Origin: Candidatus Daviesbacteria bacterium
GTDB taxonomy: Bacteria > Patescibacteriota > Microgenomatia > Daviesbacterales > UBA10151
Direction of reading: 5' to 3'
Length of the DNA stretch: 64,000 nt
Assembly: GCA_041690695.1 (NCBI GenBank)
Contig: JBEPVZ010000003.1
Location: 13,633 to 77,632 of the forward strand
Under the pieces are notes generated by a model, which saw only the letters and a list, made by a program, of their open reading frames with translations, did not search any database and was not told the origin of the DNA. This document shows, piece by piece, positions 10,200 to 19,603 of the stretch (positions within the stretch are counted from its first letter, which is position 1; the number at the start of each line of letters is the position of its first letter). Both the position numbers and the translations under genes were made by a program.

Positions 10200-12326
10200 T
10201 TGACTGGGTTTGTAATTATCGGTCAAAGTCAATCAGTTTTCGCAATCGGTTTTACCAAAAACTGTTATCCCGTCTCCTGTGATCAAGGAGTAAATACACC
10301 TGGAAACCAGATTACTTTTATTGCTAATTCTCCCGCGACTCAAACAATTTCTGGAAGAACTTACACTCTAAATTGTTGGAACTCTCAAGAAAGTAGTAAT
10401 GCGGGCGGAACAGTTAGCTTAGGCACAAATCTCCCTAGTACCAGTAATTGTACTTTGCAACATAATTACTATTCGATATCGGGCCCTTATGAGGTTAGTG
10501 GCCAAACTCAAGCTTGTTACCTTGATCCTGATTCTCATCTTTGTGTCGGAGGGCTCGAGAACGAATTGCTGGGGTTTGGATCAGTGACAGTTAACTCACC
10601 CGCTGGCTCCCCACCTCCTCCAAGCGGTGGAACACCACCTCCACCTCCTCCAAGCGGTGGAACACCACCTCCACCTCCTCCCCCCCCCTCAGGCTGTACA
10701 ACCTCGTCATGTCAGTGTTCTGTTACAAACTCTTCGGGCGGAGTAACGACAAGCATAATTAATGGCAGCTCTTGTACTTCAGCCGATCAAGCCACTTGCC
10801 AATTTTTCACTGGTGGGAATCCCGGCTGGAGCGCTTCGACCCAAACAATAACGGTTCCAAGCAGTTGTAGTGCACCTCCTCCTCCGAGTGGTGGCGGTGG
10901 CGGCGGCGGATCTTGTGTGGCTGATTATGGCTGTGGTTGTGATGGAAGTGGTCTGCCTTACACTTGGCTATCGTGTCATCAGGATCTAACCACGGCGACC
11001 GTTATTCCTGACCCCGTTGAGGTCGGAACCGATCTAACAATACATGCTCATAGCACCGCTAGTACCAACGCGGCTCTGATTTGGATTTCATATGGGACGG
11101 CCCCACAGACACTATTTGTTGGTGACATTTTCTGTACTGGCTTATCTCCCCGAGATAATGGCGGGGTCGGAAATCTGACCAATGTCCAAGATATTACTTT
11201 TAACTGTAATATTCCGGGTAGTGCTCAAGTCGGTCCTTATAGTTGGGAGTTAGAAATGGGCAATGGCTGGGCCACTGGCACAGGTACGATTATGGCCAAC
11301 GTCCCAACCCCAACCGCAACAATCACTCACGTTCAAGGGAGCACAACCTGTTTACCAACAACCGGCGACGATGGCAGTGGAATCTTAATTACTTGGGGCT
11401 CCGATTTTCCGGTGGATCACCTGTTTGTAGCTGAGCAACGTGGTTATAGTGGAGTATTTACATCCAAGGCCGTTTCTGGAACCAGTACCGATGGACAAGG
11501 CTTTATTCTTAGTAATTATAAATTTTGGCCGGGCATTACTTATTACTTCCAAACTCAAGGCCCTGGTGGCTACACTAGTGAATGGTCAGATCCACTCACC
11601 CCAGTCGCCTGCGCAAACACACCAGGTCCTTTTACCATAACCCAAGCGGTCAGTAGTTGTGTTGGAGGACTCCATAACCATATTGTGTGGAGCTCTTCGT
11701 CTAATACCACCTTCTATTCTGTTAATGGCGGCAGCGCCGGTTGGGCTCCAGCTTGGTTAAATTTAAGCTATGATGATTATGGGGTTAGTGCAGGATCAAA
11801 TTATGACTATACGGTTATAGCCGGTAATGCTTATGGCTCAACCAGCTCTAATACGGTCAATGTTGTAGCGGCAACCTGTGATACTATTCCGCCAACTAAT
11901 AGTTCCATTACAGTTATCCCGTCTGGGACTTGTTGGAGTCCTGATAGTTGGTCTCCCGCCCAACGTGGTGAAATTAGTGGAACTTCGGCTGACAACCCTG
12001 GCGGAAGTGGGATCCAAAAGGTTGAGTTGTATGGTTTTGAGATTCCAAATTACGCTGCTCCAATTTTTGGGCCAGTATTAGCGGCTGGCACTACTTCCTG
12101 GACCGCGATTATGCCAACCAACAATCCTCCTTTACAACCTGGACATACCTATACGTTAAGAGCACTTGCAACTGATAATGGGGGCTTAAGTACTTGGAGT
12201 GCCTATACCCCATTTGGCGGGTTCCTCTGGAATAGTAGCGCAGCTGCTTGTGCAGCCCCGTTCTTAGATACCACCAAAGGCGATGTTCACTCCAATACAA
12301 AAATTGATACCCAAGGGGGGCAATAA
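10200..12326 (+). CDS. Large secreted Cys-rich surface protein, paralog A (start codon uncertain: TTG at 10200 or upstream CTG)
   Basis: The N-terminal ~130 aa and the C-terminal ~100 aa (ending ...GDVHSNTKIDTQGGQ) are homologous to the 12839..15475 product. It has a polyproline/Gly linker and FN3-like stretches. The frame is open from 10152 with no canonical ATG, while the paralog has an extra MWKMKRGYTY N-terminal extension. Confidence 0.55.
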   Translation: MTGFVIIGQSQSVFAIGFTKNCYPVSCDQGVNTPGNQITFIANSPATQTISGRTYTLNCWNSQESSNAGGTVSLGTNLPSTSNCTLQHNYYSISGPYEVSGQTQACYLDPDSHLCVGGLENELLGFGSVTVNSPAGSPPPPSGGTPPPPPPSGGTPPPPPPPPSGCTTSSCQCSVTNSSGGVTTSIINGSSCTSADQATCQFFTGGNPGWSASTQTITVPSSCSAPPPPSGGGGGGGSCVADYGCGCDGSGLPYTWLSCHQDLTTATVIPDPVEVGTDLTIHAHSTASTNAALIWISYGTAPQTLFVGDIFCTGLSPRDNGGVGNLTNVQDITFNCNIPGSAQVGPYSWELEMGNGWATGTGTIMANVPTPTATITHVQGSTTCLPTTGDDGSGILITWGSDFPVDHLFVAEQRGYSGVFTSKAVSGTSTDGQGFILSNYKFWPGITYYFQTQGPGGYTSEWSDPLTPVACANTPGPFTITQAVSSCVGGLHNHIVWSSSSNTTFYSVNGGSAGWAPAWLNLSYDDYGVSAGSNYDYTVIAGNAYGSTSSNTVNVVAATCDTIPPTNSSITVIPSGTCWSPDSWSPAQRGEISGTSADNPGGSGIQKVELYGFEIPNYAAPIFGPVLAAGTTSWTAIMPTNNPPLQPGHTYTLRALATDNGGLSTWSAYTPFGGFLWNSSAAACAAPFLDTTKGDVHSNTKIDTQGGQ
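10611..10688 (+). repeat. Perfect 30-bp tandem repeat (x2.3) followed by a C9 homopolymer, inside the coding sequence
   Basis: CCACCTCCTCCAAGCGGTGGAACACCACCT occurs at 10611-10640 and 10641-10670, with a partial third copy running into CCCCCCCCC (10680-10688). Together they encode PPPPSGGTPPPPPPSGGTPPPPPPPPSG. Confidence 0.85.
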
Positions 12327-12383
12327 TCTTAATAACAGAGAACACCTTGACTTGTTCTCCTGATTGTAGGAATAATTAGAGTA

Positions 12384-12836
12384 ATGCAAAAGTCTGCCAA
12401 AGTTAGCTTAATTGTCGGGGGAATAATTCTAGCTCTAGTCTGTTTACTAATTGGCTATTTGTTAGGTAAAAATCAATTTAGAACGATATTTAGACCCTCA
12501 TTTGGTCAATTAGGCGGAATGACTTCTACAAGTCTAACTTCAAGCTTTGCCAGTCAAGCCAGCTTTAACGGTAAAGTCACTCAAATTAAAGACCAGATGG
12601 CGACAGTGTTGACCATGGATAATCAAACTCGAGACTTTACGATCTCAAAATCAGTGGCAGTTTTAGATCCTGCCGCCAAAAAAGTTGCCAGTGTGTCAGC
12701 GAACTCTAAACTAACCACTATTCCGCTAAATCAACCAGCTTTAATTACCGTTCAATTAGTCTTTAGTCGTCAAGGTAACAACACGACATCGGAATACCAG
12801 ATTACTAACGTTTTACTTGCCCCACCAACTCACTAA
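12384..12836 (+). CDS. Small N-terminally membrane-anchored protein (paralog of 9107..9574)
   Basis: TM helix VSLIVGGIILALVCLLIGYLLG. Shares the C-terminal ...YQITNV... motif with 9107..9574. The following giant gene starts 2 nt after its stop. Confidence 0.5.
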   Translation: MQKSAKVSLIVGGIILALVCLLIGYLLGKNQFRTIFRPSFGQLGGMTSTSLTSSFASQASFNGKVTQIKDQMATVLTMDNQTRDFTISKSVAVLDPAAKKVASVSANSKLTTIPLNQPALITVQLVFSRQGNNTTSEYQITNVLLAPPTH

Positions 12837-12838
12837 TA

Positions 12839-15475
12839 ATGTGGAAGATGAAAAGAGGTTATACCTACAAATTAACCGCTTATTTATTTAGTTTTTTTGT
12901 GGTCTTAACTGGATTTCTGGTTCTCGGTCAGGGCCATTCAGTTTTTGCGATTGGGACAATTAAGAATTGTTACCCTGCTTCCTGTGATCAAGGACCGTCA
13001 ACCAGCGGCAACCAGATTACTTTCAGTGCTAACTCCCCCCAAACTCAAACCGTGGCCGGAAGAACATATACTTTATCTTGTTGGAACTCCCAGATGAGCT
13101 CAACTTCTGGGGGGGTAGTCACAATTGGGAATGATATCCCCAGTAATAGTCAATGTACTTTTCAACACACTTACTACTCGACCTCCGGCCCGTACGATGT
13201 CAGTGGTCAAACCCAGGCTTGTTACCTAGATCCTGATTCCCATACCTGTACCGCTGGACTGGAGAATGAAACGGTAGGTTTTGGTTCAATAACTGTTCAG
13301 GCTTGGTCAAGCCCAGCACCACCACCACCAAGTAGCGGCAGCTATTCATATGGGGTAAGTATTAATCCCAACCATGGTGGACAAATCACAAGCATGGCGA
13401 CAAGTGTCACAACTGATAATCCAGGTTACAGTTCAGCAACAATTTACTATGATGGATCATTCATTTGTAATATAGGCGCGAGTAAAAGTGGTGCCTGCAC
13501 TTCTCTGGGTGGGAATCAAGGCAGTCATACTGTCCGAGCCGATTTTGCTAATGGTGGATCGGCTACCACAACTTATACCGTTGATCCAGGACAAGGCCCT
13601 CAACCAACTCCACCTCCAAGTTGTCCTTGTGGAAGTTTTTTGAGTTGTAATAATAATGGAGTGCCTGGGGATGGCTCTAATCCGAGTTGTAGTAATCCGA
13701 CCTACCAATGCTATGGTGTGCTTTCAGATGGAAGTTGTGGCGGTGGAACGAACAGTGTTACTGGCACCTTAACTCCTGATCCAGTCTTGGTTGGAAATAG
13801 CGTCACAGTCACTGCCGTTAACAATGCTTCGTCAGCTGATGCAGTCTTTATCTGGTATCAAGGCAACCCTAGCTGTCTAACAAATGGCCCTGGTAAATGG
13901 AGCTGTGGACATGATCCTAGCGCCCTGAGCTACTTCCCTCCTCCAGGTTTTGGTGCGGATGTCACTTGCTCTGCATCGCCATCCTCTCCTGGGAGTAAAA
14001 CAACTGTCATTACTTGCCCTATTCCTGCGAATGCCACTCTGGGTCAGTATCATTGGTACGTATCCAACGGGACCACTTCTGAAGCAAGCAATGGAGGTTC
14101 TTCATATAATGGCACCATCGTTGATGGAAATAGTTGTAACGATCCTAAATATAGGATCTCTCCTAATACCGGACCAATCGGTACTCAAATTACTATCTCA
14201 GGTTGGCCAGCTGGAAACTACCAATTAGGTATCCAACCAAATATGTCAAATGACCAGGAACTCTTTAGTCAGCCAAATTATGCCAGTTGGTCAAACCTCG
14301 GCCCAGTCACTATGGGTGGTGATAGTAACCATGCCACTTGGACAGTGACTCAACCTCCTATCAACCCTGGTAGGTTTGTAGCCTTAATGTTCACGACAAA
14401 CATCAATGCTCCCTGGAGTGGTCAAACTGTGACTTGTCCTTTTACACCAACTGCGACACCAGTAGCCCCTGGAGCTTTCGACTTTACCTCAAGCACCGGA
14501 ACAGTCTGTACGAGTGGGACTCCTCATAATGATATCTACTGGACTCAATCGAGTGGCGCTGATACCTACTCTCTCTGGCGTTCTGATCCAAATGGACCCG
14601 GTTCATATATTGCCACCCTGGCTTCTTGGCAAACCAGTTTTGCTGATTACAACGTTACACCTGGAGTAGTTTATACGTACATACTTTATGCCCAGAATTC
14701 GGTTGGATTTACCCAGACAAGCACTTTCGACAAAGTTATAACCACCTCAACATGTGGCCCAGCGGGAATTACGCTTGATCCACCAACAACCTCATGTAGC
14801 GGTAGCCCGGCTAAACCAACCGTTTACCTAGCGTGGAGTAGTGCTGGACCTGGAGTAACCTACAGTATTCATCGTCAAGATTATGGCTTTATTCTAACTG
14901 ACTGGTTTGGTGGTGGGTACCCAGATAGCACCGTTAATCAAGGCACAAACTATACCTATTATATTGAGGCTAAAGATTCCTCCGGCCTAACTACCGACTC
15001 AAACACCCAATCAATCACCTCCGCCAGTTGTGATGGGATAGCTCCTCCCGACGTCAATATTAGTGGTGGACCAACAGCCGCTTGTTACTCCCCTACAACT
15101 TGGGCTGGTGAAACCCCTATTAAAGTCATTGCTAACGATGATCCAGGTGGAAGTGGTATTAAATCAGTAGCGGTTTTACTTTATGAGGTCAATTCACCAT
15201 CTGACACCTTAGTTAAGTCCTACCCAACAACTTTCACAGGTGGCTATTGGCAAACCGCCCCGGGAGTACCTCAAGCGTCAGATTTTACTTCGGGTCAAAG
15301 CTATTATCTTCGAGCTACCGCCACCGATAACGCGAATAATACTTCGGCTCCAAGTATTAAAACTCCAGTCTTTGTCTGGAGTAATACTGCGACAGGTTGT
15401 CTTAATCCGTTCTTAAATACAACTCTTGGAGATGTCCATTCTAATACCAAAATTGATACTCGTGGTGGACAATAA
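12839..15475 (+). CDS. Large secreted Cys-rich surface protein, paralog B (878 aa)
   Basis: Signal peptide MWKMKRGYTYKLTAYLFSFFVVLTGFLVLG. The conserved N-terminal domain (KNCYPASCDQG...QACYLDPDSH) and C-terminal domain (...LGDVHSNTKIDTRGGQ) are shared with 10200..12326. The middle is variable, Cys/Gly/Ser/Thr-rich with FN3-like repeats. Confidence 0.65.
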   Translation: MWKMKRGYTYKLTAYLFSFFVVLTGFLVLGQGHSVFAIGTIKNCYPASCDQGPSTSGNQITFSANSPQTQTVAGRTYTLSCWNSQMSSTSGGVVTIGNDIPSNSQCTFQHTYYSTSGPYDVSGQTQACYLDPDSHTCTAGLENETVGFGSITVQAWSSPAPPPPSSGSYSYGVSINPNHGGQITSMATSVTTDNPGYSSATIYYDGSFICNIGASKSGACTSLGGNQGSHTVRADFANGGSATTTYTVDPGQGPQPTPPPSCPCGSFLSCNNNGVPGDGSNPSCSNPTYQCYGVLSDGSCGGGTNSVTGTLTPDPVLVGNSVTVTAVNNASSADAVFIWYQGNPSCLTNGPGKWSCGHDPSALSYFPPPGFGADVTCSASPSSPGSKTTVITCPIPANATLGQYHWYVSNGTTSEASNGGSSYNGTIVDGNSCNDPKYRISPNTGPIGTQITISGWPAGNYQLGIQPNMSNDQELFSQPNYASWSNLGPVTMGGDSNHATWTVTQPPINPGRFVALMFTTNINAPWSGQTVTCPFTPTATPVAPGAFDFTSSTGTVCTSGTPHNDIYWTQSSGADTYSLWRSDPNGPGSYIATLASWQTSFADYNVTPGVVYTYILYAQNSVGFTQTSTFDKVITTSTCGPAGITLDPPTTSCSGSPAKPTVYLAWSSAGPGVTYSIHRQDYGFILTDWFGGGYPDSTVNQGTNYTYYIEAKDSSGLTTDSNTQSITSASCDGIAPPDVNISGGPTAACYSPTTWAGETPIKVIANDDPGGSGIKSVAVLLYEVNSPSDTLVKSYPTTFTGGYWQTAPGVPQASDFTSGQSYYLRATATDNANNTSAPSIKTPVFVWSNTATGCLNPFLNTTLGDVHSNTKIDTRGGQ

Positions 15476-15476
15476 G

Positions 15477-16406
15477 ATGAACCGATCTTTACCAAAAACT
15501 AAATATTTATTAGTCAGTAGTTGGATCTTCGTCCTAAGCTTTTGGGCTTTTGGGGTCTTACCAGCGAGCGTCTTAGCTCCAAGCTCAGCGGCCTCTTCAT
15601 GTGGTGATTCTCCTCGGGCCAATGGCTTAGTCACTAGTCCCAGTCTCGATACCTCAGTCGGAGTTAAATTTGGAACAACCGCCGGATCGTGTGTAACTAA
15701 TACTAACGAAGCCGCTCTGCCGACCTTTCAGATCCAAAGCTATGATGACCTTAGAGCTTTATATTATGATCAATTTAAAGCGCATAGCGGAGTAACTAAA
15801 AGAAGTTTAAGTGAATCTATAAATTTAAGTACTCTAAATCCGATCAATTTTAGTGGTGATAATATTTGGTTTACAAATTTATCAAATTTCAATATTCCTA
15901 GTTCGGGGATAACAGGCAGTGGTACTCAAGTTATCTTTATTGATGGCGAGTTAGAGATTCAACATGATATTAATTATCACACTGGCAACGCCGCTGGAGG
16001 GTTAGTTTTTATCGTTAAAGGCAATATTAATATTGACGCCAGTGTTCATCAGATCGATGCTTATTTAATTTCCGGACAAACAATCTGCACAGGCTATGAC
16101 TTTGGGAGTAATAGTTGTCCAGGAGGGCTAGCGGCTAAAGATACTGTCCCATTAGTAATCAATGGAGGGCTCGTTTCATTAAACAATAGTACTTCTATTC
16201 GCTTTAGACGAGATCTAACTGATAATAGTACCGCAGCCGAGCAAGTTAATTATGATCCAAAGTATCTTTATCTCTTAAAAGGGATGGTTTCTCAAAGTTT
16301 AAGTATTACTACTCAAAACACTAATTTTGCCCCAACCCCAGCTCCTTTGCCGACGAGAACAGCTTTTCCAACTTCTACTCCAGCTTGTGTCCCACCAGCC
16401 TGTTAG
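15477..16406 (+). CDS. Secreted hypothetical protein (start set at ATG 15477: MNRSLPKTKYLL...)
   Basis: Signal-peptide-like N-terminus LVSSWIFVLSFWAFGVLPASVLA. The gene starts 1 nt after the stop of the preceding giant gene. It has a Pro/Thr-rich C-terminus ending in Cys residues. Confidence 0.45.
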   Translation: MNRSLPKTKYLLVSSWIFVLSFWAFGVLPASVLAPSSAASSCGDSPRANGLVTSPSLDTSVGVKFGTTAGSCVTNTNEAALPTFQIQSYDDLRALYYDQFKAHSGVTKRSLSESINLSTLNPINFSGDNIWFTNLSNFNIPSSGITGSGTQVIFIDGELEIQHDINYHTGNAAGGLVFIVKGNINIDASVHQIDAYLISGQTICTGYDFGSNSCPGGLAAKDTVPLVINGGLVSLNNSTSIRFRRDLTDNSTAAEQVNYDPKYLYLLKGMVSQSLSITTQNTNFAPTPAPLPTRTAFPTSTPACVPPAC

Positions 16407-16426
16407 CAAATAAATTGAGTTAAAAA

Positions 16427-17125
16427 CTATTTTCCGAAGTTTCGTTTCTGATTTTGATACCAAACAACCGCCTTCTTTAAATCAGCAGCATCAAATTCAG
16501 GCCAGAATTTAGTTGTAAAATATAACTCCGAATAAGCCGTCTGCCATAATAAGAAATTAGACAATCGGACTTTGCCACCGGTCCGAATCACTAGCTCTGG
16601 ATCGTTGGCTCCCCGAGTATATAAATTTTTAGCAATTAACTCATCATCAATATCTTCAACTTTAATGCCACTTTTGACAATATTTTTAATAGCTTCGATC
16701 AGCTCGCGTTTACCACCATAATTTAAAGCGATATTTAACTTTATCGATTCTTTATCAATATAGGTATCCCTAAGTTGAGTAACCATATTTTGAATACTTT
16801 TTGGTAGACCGTTTAACTCACCTAAGATGGCAATCCGAACCCCCTCTTTCATCATCCTTTTAAAACGAGTTCGGTAAGCTTGACGAAAAACTTGAAATAG
16901 CCCCGCAATCTCCCGTTTAGCTCGTTCGGTTAAATTCTCAGTTGAGAGAGCATAAACAGTTAGAGTTTTGACTCCTAATTTACTGGCGGCTTCAACAATC
17001 TTTTCTAGATTTTCAGCTCCAGCCTGGTGGCCTTTTAGATCAGGTAATCCCCGGGCACGAGCCCAGCGACGATTACCGTCCATGATTATGGCTATATGAG
17101 AAGGAACGTTGTCGAGAGTGTCCAT
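16427..17125 (-). CDS. uppS: Undecaprenyl-diphosphate synthase (cis-isoprenyl transferase)
   Basis: Hallmark HIAIIMDGNRRWA, plus ALNYGGKRE and RTGG...RLSNFLLWQ motifs. Confidence 0.9.
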   Translation of the reverse strand: MDTLDNVPSHIAIIMDGNRRWARARGLPDLKGHQAGAENLEKIVEAASKLGVKTLTVYALSTENLTERAKREIAGLFQVFRQAYRTRFKRMMKEGVRIAILGELNGLPKSIQNMVTQLRDTYIDKESIKLNIALNYGGKRELIEAIKNIVKSGIKVEDIDDELIAKNLYTRGANDPELVIRTGGKVRLSNFLLWQTAYSELYFTTKFWPEFDAADLKKAVVWYQNQKRNFGK

Positions 17126-17200
17126 AATTAATAAATTTTTAATTTTATAATGATTAATTTTTAATAAATTCTTTAAAAATTAGAAATTGGAAATTAAAAA

Positions 17201-17740
17201 TTACTTTAACTCTATTACTTCTCCTCCTTCATAGATCCAAACCTGAACCGTCCTTTGTCTAATCGGATTTTTCCCTTCACCATTACGACCATCAAACTCA
17301 AAAATTGCCACTTGTTGGTATTTTCCAAGCTCCATTTTCCCGTTTCTGACCGGCACCGTTACACTCGGATGAGAATATAGCAAGCTCCGGATATGACTAG
17401 CAGCATTATAATCTTCATCAATCTCGTCACAATAAGGATTGTCCTGACAACGGTGTTTATAATTATCAGTTGGATGTGGATAATCGGCATGGCCATGAAC
17501 CCTAGTTGATCGTTTATCTTCAGGAATATGCTTTAAAGTGTGTCCTAAAATGTCCTCAAGTAAGTTTGGCTCGGCAATCTCTTGAACCACCACACCCAAG
17601 GTGGTGTGTTTACTATTAACCAAAATCCAGCCGTTATCGACCTTCGACTTAGAAATTAAGTCACTCACCTCTTTGGTAATATCTTTTAAATAAGTATGAT
17701 CTGTTGATGGAAATTTAATCTCTTTTAAATAAGTTTTCAT
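17201..17740 (-). CDS. YjbQ/UPF0047-family protein (secondary thiamine-phosphate synthase-like) with a His/Cys-rich insertion
   Basis: NAASHIRSLL...VPVRNGKMELGKYQQVAIFEFDG matches the YjbQ family core. There is a ~35-aa insertion HGHADYPHPTDNYKHRCQDNPYCDEIDEDY. Confidence 0.65.
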   Translation of the reverse strand: MKTYLKEIKFPSTDHTYLKDITKEVSDLISKSKVDNGWILVNSKHTTLGVVVQEIAEPNLLEDILGHTLKHIPEDKRSTRVHGHADYPHPTDNYKHRCQDNPYCDEIDEDYNAASHIRSLLYSHPSVTVPVRNGKMELGKYQQVAIFEFDGRNGEGKNPIRQRTVQVWIYEGGEVIELK

Positions 17741-18762
17741 TTTTGACGATTAACTAACATCTCAGCCAAACCGCTTAACAGTCCTTGATATTCTGGACTT
17801 GAGGTAATTTCAGGAATAACTTTTTTGGCCCGATCGACATATTCTAAAGCAATTTGCTTGGAATAGTCTAGTGCTCCAGTATTTTCAAAAATCTGCCTGA
17901 TTTCAGTCAATTCACCTTCGGATAAACTATTCTTGCCATAAAGCTCGTCTAGGCGTGCTGTTTGGGCTGAATTGGCCTGTTTTCGGGCTTGGATGATCAA
18001 GGTGGTGTTCTTACCTTCTTCGGCGTCTGATGAGGCAGACTTACCCGTTTTAGCTTCATCACCAAAAACGCCTAAAATATCATCTTGGATTTGGAAAGCA
18101 ATGCCCAAGTTATCTCCAAATTGCTTGATTAAATCAAGCATTGATTGATTAGCTCCACCTAAAACAGCCCCCAATGATAACGGACCGGTGGTCGTATACT
18201 GGGAAGTTTTTAAGATGGCAAGTTGGATAATATCTGAGGTCCCTTCAACATCGAGCATCTCCCCCATGATGGTGTCCATAACCGTCTGGGTAAAGACTTC
18301 AACCGCTTGAAGTTTAATTAAGTCTGGAAAATTTGTTTTTAATATCAATTGATTAGCTAGAAAGAAACCGAGATCTCCTAAACAGATCGTTTGTGAGATC
18401 CCATAATGATCACCACCGAGAGCTTTATAAAGAGTTGGCTTACCTCGTCTGAGCGGGCTTTTATCAATGATATCGTCGTGAGCTAAGATAGCGGTTTGGA
18501 AGATTTCAAACGCCACCGAGGCAGCCATAATATCTGTAGTTCGGGGTTGGGAGTTCGTAGTTGGGGCAGATAACTCATATCCGAGCTTTACCAGTACTCC
18601 CCTAATCCGCTTTCCGCCTTCAGTTGAAGTTTCAAACTGTTGACTAAGATGACTGATTAACGGATTTAAAGTCGAGATATTTTTATTCCATGATTTAAAG
18701 AATTGGTCAAGTTGAAGATTTACTTCTGAAGCGTTTGTTTGAAGATAGTCTTCGAAGGTCAT
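17737..18762 (-). CDS. Polyprenyl diphosphate synthase (FPP/GGPP synthase family)
   Basis: First Asp-rich motif ILAHDDIID and second FQIQDDILGVFGD. Start set to the internal ATG (MTFEDYL) to avoid overlapping the divergent gene. Confidence 0.85.
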   Translation of the reverse strand: MTFEDYLQTNASEVNLQLDQFFKSWNKNISTLNPLISHLSQQFETSTEGGKRIRGVLVKLGYELSAPTTNSQPRTTDIMAASVAFEIFQTAILAHDDIIDKSPLRRGKPTLYKALGGDHYGISQTICLGDLGFFLANQLILKTNFPDLIKLQAVEVFTQTVMDTIMGEMLDVEGTSDIIQLAILKTSQYTTTGPLSLGAVLGGANQSMLDLIKQFGDNLGIAFQIQDDILGVFGDEAKTGKSASSDAEEGKNTTLIIQARKQANSAQTARLDELYGKNSLSEGELTEIRQIFENTGALDYSKQIALEYVDRAKKVIPEITSSPEYQGLLSGLAEMLVNRQK

Positions 18763-18805
18763 CAGACCCCAAATGTAGCACAAAGCTATGCTACAATCCA
18801 GTTGA

Positions 18806-19603
18806 ATGATCAAAAAACTGATAATAATCAAACTCGGTGGTGGGTTAATTACGTACAAGAACTCTCCAACTCCCCGCTTAAAAACTAAAGTTTTAATTGA
18901 AATCGTTAACCAGATAAAAAAACTTAATTATCAGGGATATAGTTTTGTAATTATTCATGGAGCCGGCTCGTTCGGCCATCCCTTGGCGAAAAAATATCGC
19001 ATTAATGAGGGCGTTTCGACCGAAGAACAACTTCATGCCGCTATAAATATTCAACTGACTATGCAACAGCTCAGCCTGATAATTGCTAATCAGTTTCATA
19101 AAGTTGGCTTAAACCCTCAAGTCATACCGACTCATTGTTTAGTTAGCCAAGATAATACTCAATTTAAAGATTTTCCAACGGAGATAATCAAACAGACGTT
19201 AACGGAAAAAACAATCCCAATTCTTTATGGTGATGTGGTAATGGACCGCACAACTCACTTCTCAATTATTTCTGGGGATACTTTAGTTGGTTACTTGGCT
19301 AAGCAATTAAAAGCCAACCAAGTCATCTTTTTATCGGATGTTGATGGTGTCTACAATCAAGATCCCAAGACCCATAAACAGGCTCAAAAATTTTCGATTA
19401 TTAACGACCAAAACGTCAACGAGATTCTAGTGAATATTAAACAAAATAATCCTAACGATGTTAGCGGCGAGATGGCTGGTAAGATTAAGCAAATTAAAAA
19501 GTTCTTAGGTGGTATTGAGGTAGGAATTGCCAGTGGCTTGCTTAAGGACAACTTAAGTAAAGCCATCCATGGAAGAGCAGGAACTAAACTTAAGCTTAAT
19601 TAG
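18806..19603 (+). CDS. Isopentenyl phosphate kinase (amino-acid-kinase fold)
   Basis: Matches IPK motifs: IKLGGGLIT (LKLGGS), IIHGAGSFGHP (HGGGAFGHP), YGDVV, ISGDTLV, SDVDGVY, VSGEMAGK (VTGGM). Confidence 0.8.
   Translation: MIKKLIIIKLGGGLITYKNSPTPRLKTKVLIEIVNQIKKLNYQGYSFVIIHGAGSFGHPLAKKYRINEGVSTEEQLHAAINIQLTMQQLSLIIANQFHKVGLNPQVIPTHCLVSQDNTQFKDFPTEIIKQTLTEKTIPILYGDVVMDRTTHFSIISGDTLVGYLAKQLKANQVIFLSDVDGVYNQDPKTHKQAQKFSIINDQNVNEILVNIKQNNPNDVSGEMAGKIKQIKKFLGGIEVGIASGLLKDNLSKAIHGRAGTKLKLN

Noticed and set aside
17126-17200. Highly AT-rich intergenic stretch with AAATT-type repeats upstream of uppS
   Set aside because: Probably just an AT-rich promoter/UP-element region. No defined repeat unit or structured element could be delineated by eye.
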